From: Desulfobacterales bacterium
GTDB lineage: Bacteria; Desulfobacterota; Desulfobacteria; Desulfobacterales; UBA5616
Reading direction: 5' to 3'
Length of the DNA: 25,685 nucleotides
Assembly: GCA_046483495.1 (NCBI GenBank)
Contig: JAWODC010000013.1
Coordinates: 1-25,685, forward strand
In this document: positions 9,453-17,631 of the stretch, one piece after another
Position numbering within the stretch: position 1 is the first letter of the stretch
Layout of the letters: every line of letters begins with the position of its first letter
Notes under the pieces: model-generated
Told to the model about the DNA's origin: nothing
The model's input: the letters and a program-made list of their open reading frames with translations, nothing else
Database searches by the model: none
Made by a program: the position numbers and the translations under genes

Positions 9453-9493
9453 GTTGACCTCCTAATAGCCCCTTTTATTGTTGGCGACTGTGA

Positions 9494-9673
9494 TTACTTA
9501 CCGAAAACTTTCTTGATATCGCCGGCTTTCTTTTGAACCTTGCCGGCTGTGTTTTTATCTTTTCCTTCGGTTTCCAGTTCGTGGCCATCGGTTATCTTGC
9601 CGGCGACCTCTTTCATTTTACCCTTGACTTTGTGAAACTTGCCCTCCACTTTGTCTCTTGTGCTGGATTTCAT
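9494..9673 (-). CDS. csbD: CsbD family general stress protein, copy 2
   Basis: MKSSTRDKVEGKFHKVKGKMKEVAGKITDGHELETEGKDKNTAGKVQKKAGDIKKVFGK; AAGGAGG RBS. Confidence 0.92.
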   Translation of the reverse strand: MKSSTRDKVEGKFHKVKGKMKEVAGKITDGHELETEGKDKNTAGKVQKKAGDIKKVFGK

Positions 9674-9780
9674 GGTATACCTCCTTTTGGTCGATGGTTG
9701 ACGCATGTTTACGCATCAAGGCCGGAGATTACTGCCGGTTCTTGCATTCACGGCACATAAGTTCATGGTTGATTTATTAA

Positions 9781-9795
9781 GCAATCTTTGTGCCA
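9781..9795 (-). promoter_or_regulatory. Sigma54 -24/-12 promoter of the csbD-lmo0937-BON-BON-DUF2254 operon
   Basis: Minus strand TGGCAC-AAAGA-TTGC(T), a perfect consensus match. Confidence 0.85.
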
Positions 9796-9867
9796 CGTTT
9801 CCGGTAGGCATCGTTAAGCAACGTATCAAGCTGATATAAAAAACTATTTAAATAATATTTTATGGCA

Positions 9868-9905
9868 GGTTATAAACACCCATACGAAAAAGGTCATATA
9901 ATCTC
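9868..9905. promoter_or_regulatory. Putative enhancer (UAS) boxes
   Basis: GGTCATATAATCTC at 9892-9905, 97 bp from the -24 box, and a weaker GGTTATAAACACCC at 9868-9881. Confidence 0.5.
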
Positions 9906-10128
9906 CCTGTACCGCCCTGCCTGCCGATGACTTCCCGATATCTGCTTTAATGATTTTAATGGCCGGTTATTAGGGTTAAACGCAAGCTTCGTGGCAAATC
10001 CCATCTATGATGGACCGCGTCGATTTTTGCGGCGCCCAGCTGTCTTGAGGCACAGTATTGTGCACATAGTGAACGATTACAGTGAGTGCACGAGGAGCCC
10101 CGCGATGTGCTTATGTCTTCTCTTCAGT

Positions 10129-10695
10129 TCAAGGCTTTTTGATACGGGTAATTTTGGTGCCTTCGATACTGAGGCTTACCATCAGTCCCTGCTGGTCAAA
10201 AATGAAGGCGTAGGCATCGTCTCGCAATGTCGTCGATGACAGATTCTTGGCAATGCCTTCATCGACCACAACCACGGTCGGTCCGACACCGATTGACCAG
10301 CCCTCCGATTTTTCAAGATAGTTCTTGGCCTTGTCGTTCATCAAAAATACGACGTAGGCGTATGACTGGGCGCCAGCCTGCCAGCCCCAGGACGCAGAAA
10401 CGGTATTATAGTAGCCCTCGACATGTGAGCCTTCCATCATAACACCTTCACCATAACTTCCGCCGAAGATGAGCCCTGCCTTGATGACGTTAGGGAACAC
10501 CAGGATTTCCTTTGCGTTCTTGAAAATTGTTTCGGCAACATGATTTTGCTTGTACAAGGTTTGCAGTGCCTGAGCAGCATCCTTGTTTAACTCTTCTACG
10601 CTTGCAGCATTTGTCTGGCTGCTGATCGCAATCAGCGAAAATGTAGCGACAGCCACAAGAAGAAGATAACGTAAAAAGCTTTGGATGGGTTTCAT
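10129..10695 (-). CDS. Ysc84/SYLF-like lipid-binding periplasmic protein
   Basis: Signal peptide; ILVFPNVIKAGLIFGGSYGEG, SWGWQAGAQ and GWSIGVGPTVVVVDEG motifs. Confidence 0.88.
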   Translation of the reverse strand: MKPIQSFLRYLLLVAVATFSLIAISSQTNAASVEELNKDAAQALQTLYKQNHVAETIFKNAKEILVFPNVIKAGLIFGGSYGEGVMMEGSHVEGYYNTVSASWGWQAGAQSYAYVVFLMNDKAKNYLEKSEGWSIGVGPTVVVVDEGIAKNLSSTTLRDDAYAFIFDQQGLMVSLSIEGTKITRIKKP

Positions 10696-10942
10696 GATTT
10701 TTTCCTTTAGTTAAATGAGTAGTGTTGAAATTGTTATCGATTGAGTCCGTGCCCGTTGGAGTTCCTTTTTGAAAAAGCCCAAAACACCATCAGACCATTC
10801 CAAAGGCTTACCGATATAATTAGAGAAGATTATGCCATCCAAATTGATGGCGGACGTTCTTTTATTCGTTAAACTGTTCACCTTGTCCTTCAAATGTTCA
10901 AATGGTTACCCAGCGATTTATCCATTCCCAAAATTTATGTAA

Positions 10943-10957
10943 TCAATTTTTGTGCCA
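10943..10957 (-). promoter_or_regulatory. Sigma54 -24/-12 promoter upstream of the Ysc84-like gene
   Basis: Minus strand TGGCAC-AAAAA-TTGA(T). Confidence 0.7.
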
Positions 10958-11056
10958 AGCTTCAATTAACAGGATGTTGTCACTCATCATAATGATTTAT
11001 ATAGAGAATTGCGCTAAAAGCTTATTCATGTCAGTGATTTAAAGCTATAGAAAAAA

Positions 11057-11088
11057 GGTCATATTTACCAAATCGGTCATATATGGCC
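11057..11088. promoter_or_regulatory. Tandem putative enhancer (UAS) boxes
   Basis: GGTCATATTTACCA (11057-11070) and GGTCATATATGGCC (11075-11088, one mismatch from the palindrome GGTCATATATGACC), 100 bp from the -24 box. Confidence 0.62.
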
Positions 11089-11293
11089 TTTTATTTGGGC
11101 TTTCCTTGATGCTATGAGTTGCAAATGATGATAAGGGAGGCTATGGTACTGCCCTAACATTCCATCTGACCATCATTCCAAATAAAAAAATAAATAAAGA
11201 AAATACATAATATCCCCCATACTTGTTTTCTGCTGTAAATAGTACGTTAGCTTCCGGTAAGTTGGTTGGAAAAATAAATCATGGGGAATAAAG

Positions 11294-11938
11294 ATGGCAT
11301 TCAGCCATGATGAAATTGCCGATATATATCGTAAACGGGCTGGAAATTACGATGTAACAGCGAATCTATATTATTTGTTGGGATTTCGTGAGCAGACATA
11401 CAGAAAGATGGCCGTTGACGAGCTGCGGTTGGACAGGGGGCAAACCGTGGTGGAAATCGGATGCGGCACAGGATTGAACTTTTCTCTCCTGGAAGGGAAA
11501 ATCGGATCGAACGGCAAGATAATCGGCATTGACCTGACAAAAGAGATGCTGGAGCAGGCCCGAAAGAGAACGATCAAAGAAGACCTGGACAACATCGATC
11601 TGGTGCATACCGATGCGGCCGAATACGAATTTCCCCAAGGGGTCAACGGCATCATCTCGACATTTGCCATATCCCTGGTCCCTCAGTATGACACGGTTAT
11701 TCAAAAAGGTTCGGACGTACTGGTGGCTGGAGGCCGGTTCGTTGTCCTGGATCTTAAAAAGCCGGGGAAATGGCCCATGTGGCTGGTCAAGGCCGGCGCA
11801 GCCGTGACCCGTCCATTCGGTGTAACCCTTGATATTACGGACAGGCATCCCTGGGAATCGATAAACAAATATTTCAAAAACTTCAATTATAAGGAACTGT
11901 ATGGCGGCTTCGCCTATATCGCTTCAGGAGAAAAGTAA
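11294..11938 (+). CDS. Class I SAM-dependent methyltransferase (UbiE-like)
   Basis: VVEIGCGTGLN motif I; IIGIDLTKEML. Confidence 0.9.
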   Translation: MAFSHDEIADIYRKRAGNYDVTANLYYLLGFREQTYRKMAVDELRLDRGQTVVEIGCGTGLNFSLLEGKIGSNGKIIGIDLTKEMLEQARKRTIKEDLDNIDLVHTDAAEYEFPQGVNGIISTFAISLVPQYDTVIQKGSDVLVAGGRFVVLDLKKPGKWPMWLVKAGAAVTRPFGVTLDITDRHPWESINKYFKNFNYKELYGGFAYIASGEK

Positions 11939-11983
11939 ACGTTAATAATCAATGCGCGGATACGCGAACACTCGGAGGCAGAG

Positions 11984-12615
11984 ATGTTCGCCGTTTTACA
12001 GGGCGACCGTTTGGAATACCAGACAAGGGAAGGAACCGAGGCCCTGGTCTGGGACGTGCTGGCCTGGATCGGTTCGGATTACCATAAGCTGTATGTGGAA
12101 AGCGAGGGGGCATGGCTGCTGGATGAGGAGAAAATCGAGGAAGCAGGGGACGAGGTGCTGTATGGATACAATTTCGCAAGCTTCTGGGATCTGCAGTTCG
12201 GCCCCCGCTATGACTTCAAGCCCGAGCCGGACCGGACATTCGCCGCTTTTGGCGTTCAGGGACTGGCGCCTTACTGGTTCGAGGTGGATGCCACCGCATA
12301 CGTCAGCGAGGATGGCGATTTTTCTGCAGCTCTCGAAGCCGAATACGATGTTCTGCTCAGCCAACGCCTGATACTCCAACCTCGGTTTGAAACCGCCATT
12401 GCTCTACAGGAAGTCGAGGAAAACGGTGTTGGACAGGGAATCAACGGCATCGAATTGGGTGTGCGGCTGCGCTATGAAATCCGCCGGGAGTTCGCTCCCT
12501 ACATCGGGGTGTCCTGGAGCGCCGGAAATTGGGCATAACCGCGGATTTTGGCGAGGAGGAAGGGGAAGGGATTGGTATCGCATCGTTTGTGGCCGGTGTA
12601 AGGTTCTGGTTTTGA
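11984..12615 (+). pseudogene. copB: Copper resistance outer-membrane protein CopB/PcoB, 5'-truncated and frameshifted
   Basis: DRLEY, GVQGLAPYWFEVDA, LSQRLILQPR and RLRYEIRREFAPYIGVSW motifs. An extra 2 nt near 12521 moves the true end RKLG...FVAGVRFWF* (TGA at 12613-12615) out of frame. No signal peptide. Confidence 0.9.
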
Positions 12616-12662
12616 AAAATGAGGCACAAAGCCTGAGCATGTGAACCATTCAAAGCACTTAA

Positions 12663-12896
12663 ATGGATGTTACCATCGTTGCAACAAAAACATGCCGCCA
12701 TTGTCCGATATTGGAAAAGGAACTGAAGAGCATGAATATTCCCTATAAAATTCAATATGTGGAAGATCATCCTGAAACCGTAAAAAAGTTTAATGTTCAG
12801 CATTCGCCGGTAGTTATAGTGGATGACAAGGTTTTGTTTTACGGAATGCCGGATCTGAATGAATTCAGGAAAATTTTCAAGCATTCGGAAAAATAG
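12663..12896 (+). CDS. Glutaredoxin/thioredoxin-like protein
   Basis: CRHC motif; HSPVVIVDDK cis-Pro region. Confidence 0.85.
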   Translation: MDVTIVATKTCRHCPILEKELKSMNIPYKIQYVEDHPETVKKFNVQHSPVVIVDDKVLFYGMPDLNEFRKIFKHSEK

Positions 12897-12999
12897 GTTT
12901 CATCTGTGTTCTCAATCTTGAATTGCTCAACAGTTAACTCTACCCGACGAGCACAGACAAATGCGAATAGAAAGGGGAAAATATGGACGACCGGAATAG

Positions 13000-13165
13000 G
13001 GCCACTGGCTACAATGCCTTTGCCATTCCATTAGCGGCAGGCGTGCTATACAGCTACGGCGTAATCCTGTCACCGGCTATGGGTGCGGTATTGATGTCGC
13101 TCAGCACGGTGATCGTGGCCGTAAATGCCAAATTTCTTAAAATTCCGGAAATCAAAACGGCTTAA
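13000..13165 (+). pseudogene. P1B heavy-metal (Cu) ATPase, C-terminal remnant
   Basis: [16 protein letters not shown]...[20 protein letters not shown]: the last two TM helices with the YN and MxxS motifs. Confidence 0.88.
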
Positions 13166-13208
13166 ACATGCAAGAATTTAAAAAACCATTTCAATCAGGA
13201 GACATTTT

Positions 13209-13832
13209 ATGAAAGCTTCAGGCAATAAAAGGTTCCGCTCGATCTTTTGTTTTTTAATATTGGCCATTCTTTTAGCGGGGAATCCAATATCCGCCCAGAT
13301 GGGCCATATGATGGATGGTAGCCGCTGCCCCATGTGCGGCCGCGCATGGCAAGACGGGAATACTTATTCTTTGGAAATTCCGGAAAATCTTCAAACACCG
13401 GAAAGCGAGGAGTGGCTGAATCGGATTTACAAGGTGTACGATTTAGAAAAATTGTCCAAGGCTCAGTACGAAAATGACAGCCGAGAATTTAATTTGCATA
13501 TGCCGTATATGCGGGTGATACCGGATGAGAACAACCATATTTCCTGGATCGAGAGTCTGTTTTCGGCATACAGTGTTTCCTATAAACCAGATGTGCCGAA
13601 AATAAGAGTATCAAACAGCGCGAAAGAAGCATATCAGATTGCCAGAGAACTGGAGCAGGATCTTATTCCCAGATATGAATGGTTGATTCAAAACGCTCCC
13701 GATGGAAAGACAAAGCAGGTGATCGAAACCATTCTCTTCCAGACCGACATGCATTATATGATGTTTACCCACGCCCTTCGCATGGGCGGAATGATGGGAC
13801 CCGGAATGGGGCATGGTATGATGGGCAATTAG
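13209..13832 (+). CDS. Exported ferritin-like protein with CPMC and Met/His-rich segments
   Basis: AGGAG RBS; signal peptide; E..ENNH..E..DMH helical ligand pattern; MGGMMGPGMGHGMMG tail. Confidence 0.7.
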   Translation: MKASGNKRFRSIFCFLILAILLAGNPISAQMGHMMDGSRCPMCGRAWQDGNTYSLEIPENLQTPESEEWLNRIYKVYDLEKLSKAQYENDSREFNLHMPYMRVIPDENNHISWIESLFSAYSVSYKPDVPKIRVSNSAKEAYQIARELEQDLIPRYEWLIQNAPDGKTKQVIETILFQTDMHYMMFTHALRMGGMMGPGMGHGMMGN

Positions 13833-14034
13833 ATCGGCAGCGGCACTTTCGAAATAGAATTATGCCAAAAGCAATAAGGGAGCATTCGGACACCAGCATT
13901 GCGTGTTGATAATCTTTCCGACCTCGACCTTCGGGCGTTGATTTGGTATTGAAGTCCAGTATCTTGGGGTATGAACTTTTCTACAAACTCCTATGATATC
14001 ATCACCATATTGACCATACCAAAACCTGCGATCC

Positions 14035-14163
14035 ATAGATATCACCTCCGAAAATATCGCCGGTATTGCCCGGCATACCATGACACCGGAAGAAGTGCTG
14101 GAACGTCTGGAAACCAGCGAGCACGGCCTTGACCCGGAAACGGCCGAACAGCGGTTGCAAACA
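14035..14163 (+). pseudogene. Cation-transporting P-type ATPase N-terminal remnant
   Basis: Hand translation IDITSENIAGIARHTMTPEEVLERLETSEHGLDPETAEQRLQ matches the WH...EEVL..L.TS..GL....A..RL pattern of Cation_ATPase_N. Confidence 0.7.
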
Positions 14164-14306
14164 AGTTGGAAAATTTGATACAGTGCCGCTTCGAAACCCG
14201 AACGCCCGGCCTGTATTCATGCGTACTGTCTCGGTCCTTTACGGGCTAAACGGGCCCGGTACGCCAAGCGCACGAGATTGTTCAACGACCAAAAGCGAAG
14301 GAGATC

Positions 14307-15581
14307 ATGACATTTTTTAAAGAGCTTCAGTGCTGGCTTGAACGGTTGCCCATCGGTGACAACCACGCCGCCGCCATTACCGCAATAATTGCTGTATCGG
14401 TGGTCTCCACGCTTGCGGTGGTCGCTTTTATGATCAGCCGCCGCATCGCCAACCGCACCATTCCCCGCGTGTTTCAGTTCACCGGCCACCGTTGGGGCCA
14501 GGTGCTGGTGGAGCACAATGTGTTCCGGCATGCCGCCCTGCTGGTGCCGGCCCTGGTGGCTCTTCTTTTCATTCCTGTCGTTCTGGAAGCCTATCCAAAG
14601 ATTACGACGGCCGCCATGCGGGTGCTGTCCATCTACTTGATCGGTTCATCGCTGATTACTCTCGATGCCTTGATCAATGGGCTGCACGCCATCTACAATC
14701 AGTTCAATGTCTCCAAAGAAATTCCGTTGAGCAGCCTCGCACAGGTGGTCAAAATCGTGCTCTACTTCGTCGCTTTCATTTTGCTGTTGGCGGTGCTGTT
14801 CGACCGTACACCGCTCTACCTGTTCAGCGGTCTGGGGGCCATGACAGCCGTTCTCATGCTGGTATTCAAAGACCCCATCCTTGGATTCGTCGCCGGTATT
14901 CAGCTGATATCCAACCGGATGCTCAAGCAAGGGGACTGGATCGAGATGCCCAAGTACGGCGCGGACGGAGACGTTCTCGAGATCACCCTGGCTACGGTGA
15001 AGGTACAGAACTGGGACCGCACCATCACCACCATCCCCACATATGCCCTGATCAGCGATTCCTTCCGAAACTGGCGCGGCATGCAAGAGTCGGGCGGACG
15101 GCGCATAATGCGGTCGATCCATATCGACATGCGCACCATCCGTTTTTGCACGTCCCGAATGCTGGAACGCTTCTCGAAGATTCGCTACATTGCCGATTAC
15201 ATCGACCGCAAGCACCGGGAAATAGATGCGCACAACGCCGCCCTGGGGGCGGCAGCCCGGGATGGGGCCAATCGCCGTCGACTGACCAATATCGGCACGT
15301 TTCGCGCCTATGTGGATTCTTACCTGAGAAATCACCCGATGATCAACGCGCAAATGATCGTGATGGTGCGCCAACTTGAACCCACCGATCACGGTTTGCC
15401 CCTGCAGGTTTACGCGTTCTGCCGGGACAAGGCATGGGTCAACTACGAAGCCGTGCAATCGGATGTCTTCGATCACCTCCTGGCCATCTTGCCGGAATTC
15501 GATTTGCGGATTTTTCAGAACCCATCCGGCCACGATATGACCCTGCTGGGCGAGCGGTTTGCCGGCGCACGGACTGATTAG
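14307..15581 (+). CDS. mscS: Small/miniconductance mechanosensitive channel, YbdG/MscM-like
   Basis: GLGAMTAVLMLVFKDPILGFVAGIQL, GDWIEMPKYGADGDV, NWRGMQESGGRRI; AAGGAG RBS. Confidence 0.93.
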   Translation: MTFFKELQCWLERLPIGDNHAAAITAIIAVSVVSTLAVVAFMISRRIANRTIPRVFQFTGHRWGQVLVEHNVFRHAALLVPALVALLFIPVVLEAYPKITTAAMRVLSIYLIGSSLITLDALINGLHAIYNQFNVSKEIPLSSLAQVVKIVLYFVAFILLLAVLFDRTPLYLFSGLGAMTAVLMLVFKDPILGFVAGIQLISNRMLKQGDWIEMPKYGADGDVLEITLATVKVQNWDRTITTIPTYALISDSFRNWRGMQESGGRRIMRSIHIDMRTIRFCTSRMLERFSKIRYIADYIDRKHREIDAHNAALGAAARDGANRRRLTNIGTFRAYVDSYLRNHPMINAQMIVMVRQLEPTDHGLPLQVYAFCRDKAWVNYEAVQSDVFDHLLAILPEFDLRIFQNPSGHDMTLLGERFAGARTD

Positions 15582-15590
15582 AAAGGTTCA

Positions 15591-15616
15591 TTTCAACCGC
15601 CTTATGGCGGTTGGAA
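15591..15616. terminator. Hairpin after mscS (terminator or REP-like)
   Basis: CAACCGCC-TTAT-GGCGGTTG; no long T run. Confidence 0.5.
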
Positions 15617-15684
15617 CAATGGAACCTTATGAAAACGATGGCTTCAATGGCCCTGCTTTATAAAGCCATCAGAAAGAAATTGAA

Positions 15685-16638
15685 ATGAACAAAAGAGACA
15701 CGGTTCTGGGTTTGCTGGACAAAAGCAAGGAACAGGAATACATACCAGCAGGCTTTTTTTTGCATTTTGAAAAGGCATACCATAAGGGACAGCCGGCAAT
15801 TGACAAGCACATGGAGTATTTCCGATACACGGGAATGGATTTCGTAAAGATTCAATACGAGGCGGTGTTCCCCCCCAACCCCGACATAAAAAAGCCGAAG
15901 GACTGGCTGAACATGCCCTTTTTCAAAAAAGATTTTTATCAGAGCCAACTAAACATCGCAGAGGGCCTGGTGAAGGCGGCGAAAAACGAGGCGCTGGTCA
16001 TCATGACCCTTTATTCGTCCTTTATGATGACCCAGTATACAACGCAGAACCTTCAACTGCTCACCGATCATATGAAGGCGGATCCGGAGTCTTTTAAAAA
16101 GGGAATGGAGATCATAACGGACAGCCTGATGATATTCGTGAAAGAGTGCATCCGGCTGGGTGTGGACGGTTTTTATACTTCCACACAGGGATATGAGAGC
16201 TTCAGAGCCCTGGGGCTCGACCTTTTTTCAGAATGCATCAAGCCCTTCGATCTCGCTCTGATGGAAGAAGCGGACCGGTCCTGCATCTTCAATATTCTCC
16301 ATATCTGTGATTACATCGGTGAATACGGGGACTTGGCGCCTTTTGGAGATTATCCGGGCCATGTCATCAACTTCGGCTACAGGCTGGGTTCAAAAGAAGT
16401 CACCGGCAGGGAAATATCCCGGATATTCGGCAGACCCTTCATGGGCGGTCTGGACAGAAACGGCGTCATGGCAACGGGCGGTGAGGCGGATATCAAAAAG
16501 AGCGTAGAAAAAGTGCTGGCAGACAAGCCGGAAAAATTCATCCTGGGTGCAGACTGCACCCTCCCGGAAGAAATTGACCGGAAAACGCTCTGGAGAAATG
16601 CAAAAACGGCAATTGCCGCCGCCCATGGGTATAAATAA
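15685..16638 (+). CDS. Uroporphyrinogen decarboxylase (URO-D/MtaA-CmuA) superfamily protein
   Basis: FNILHICD, PFMGGLDR and FILGADCTLP motifs. Confidence 0.82.
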   Translation: MNKRDTVLGLLDKSKEQEYIPAGFFLHFEKAYHKGQPAIDKHMEYFRYTGMDFVKIQYEAVFPPNPDIKKPKDWLNMPFFKKDFYQSQLNIAEGLVKAAKNEALVIMTLYSSFMMTQYTTQNLQLLTDHMKADPESFKKGMEIITDSLMIFVKECIRLGVDGFYTSTQGYESFRALGLDLFSECIKPFDLALMEEADRSCIFNILHICDYIGEYGDLAPFGDYPGHVINFGYRLGSKEVTGREISRIFGRPFMGGLDRNGVMATGGEADIKKSVEKVLADKPEKFILGADCTLPEEIDRKTLWRNAKTAIAAAHGYK

Positions 16639-16647
16639 AAGGGCTTG

Positions 16648-16815
16648 CTGTAACGACATACCCGAAGAGCGACAGGTTTGCCACTTCCTTCTCTTAGCTT
16701 ATCCAGTTTCTGCTCAACACTTTGTTGCAGCCGACGAAAGCGACTCGCGTGAATTCGGTTGTTGATTTCCTCTAACGGGCCGGCGGAAAGGACTCACATG
16801 AATTCACTATTAGCC
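16648..16815 (-). repeat. Two degenerate attC-like sites (16648-16767 and an internally deleted copy at 16770-16815)
   Basis: Minus strand AATCAAC...GTTACAG and GGCTAAT...GTTAGAG boundaries. They share an imperfect repeat, GAATTCACGCGAGTCGCTTTCGTCGGC / GAATTCATGTGAGTCCTTTCCGCCGGC. Confidence 0.45.
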
Positions 16816-16848
16816 CATCGCCGGGTTCGATTCACTTTCATTTCGCGA

Positions 16849-16974
16849 GCCCAGCGACCGAACTCACCAGCGGCGTGTAAAAGGGAACAACCTTCTGAAT
16901 TCAAAAAATGTTAAACAGCAGTTATTTACAAACTGCACCGCATTTAGCCGTCTGCGTTTAGTGATTCGTTGGGC
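16849..16974 (-). mobile_element. Integron attC-like recombination site (126 bp) directly downstream of mazF
   Basis: Minus strand R'' GCCCAAC 5 bp after the mazF stop. Arm GCCCAACGAATCACTAAACGCAGACGGC pairs with GCCGCTGGTGAGTTCGGTCGCTGGGC with two bulged bases. R' reads GCTGGGC (GTT to GCT). Confidence 0.65.
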
Positions 16975-16979
16975 CGTAG

Positions 16980-17309
16980 TTAAAATGCAAACATGCGCTG
17001 CAAAACTGAAACGACATCTGATTGGGCCTTGGAGTCGATCGTCCCAAGTCTTCTGATAAGTCGTGATTTATCTATCGTTCTAATTTGATCCAGTACGATT
17101 TGGCCTGATTTTTTTCTAAACCGGCAAGAGACTCTGGTAGGGTATTCCTTTGTCGCAGATGTCATTGGTGCGACAATGATTGTTCGAATGTTTTCATTCA
17201 TTTCGTCTGGAGAGACAACCAGGCATGGCCGGGTTTTCTGAATTTCAGATCCCATAGTAGGATCAAGCCCCACCAGGAAAACATCAAAACGTTTCACTAC
17301 CACTGCCAT
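16980..17309 (-). CDS. mazF: PemK/MazF family toxin
   Basis: LDPTMGSEIQKTRPCLVVSPDEMN...VLDQIRTIDKSRL. Confidence 0.95.
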   Translation of the reverse strand: MAVVVKRFDVFLVGLDPTMGSEIQKTRPCLVVSPDEMNENIRTIIVAPMTSATKEYPTRVSCRFRKKSGQIVLDQIRTIDKSRLIRRLGTIDSKAQSDVVSVLQRMFAF

Positions 17310-17551
17310 TCTTCCTCATCCCATGAATGTGAAATGTCTTTATCAGTAATGATTAGCTCGTCATCACCGTTTTCCGCCATCATCTTAAAGGCTTTATCCC
17401 ACCTATCGCGAGCTTTTTGAACGGGTCGTATAATGATCTGATTTTTTTCCAGTTCTATCTCGACATCATCTATGATACCAGTTTGTTCCAAAATGGGCTT
17501 TGGGATGCGTAACCCTTTCGAATTACCTATTTTTATTATACGTGCTCTCAT
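17297..17551 (-). CDS. mazE: AbrB/MazE family antitoxin
   Basis: MRARIIKIGNSKGLRIPK...WDEEEWQW; GGAGG RBS at 17559-17563; overlaps the toxin start. Confidence 0.93.
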   Translation of the reverse strand: MRARIIKIGNSKGLRIPKPILEQTGIIDDVEIELEKNQIIIRPVQKARDRWDKAFKMMAENGDDELIITDKDISHSWDEEEWQW

Positions 17552-17578
17552 GGTGACACCTCCTATATGGGTGGACAC

Positions 17579-17607
17579 ATTGTAATTACATTGAGAAAGT
17601 ATGTCAA
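17579..17607 (-). promoter_or_regulatory. Sigma70 promoter of mazEF with an overlapping palindromic operator
   Basis: TTGACA (17607-17602), 17 bp, TACAAT (17584-17579); perfect palindrome TGTAATTACA at 17581-17590. Confidence 0.85.
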
Positions 17608-17631
17608 ATGAAAAGACAAATGGGTTATAAA

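Noticed and set aside
10711..10893. 60-aa ORF upstream of the Ysc84-like gene
   Set aside because: TTG start with no RBS and no recognisable motif; more likely leader sequence or a decayed gene.
14256..14271. Sigma54-like site CGGTAC-GCCAA-GCGCA upstream of mscS
   Set aside because: Only the GG-N10-GC core matches, and the accompanying ATCA-N3-TGAT and GGTCATAT boxes are absent.
14492..15533. Long alternative-frame and antisense ORFs over mscS (likewise over cheR, DUF2254 and glgX)
   Set aside because: Shadow ORFs expected in GC-rich coding DNA, with no motifs or RBS.
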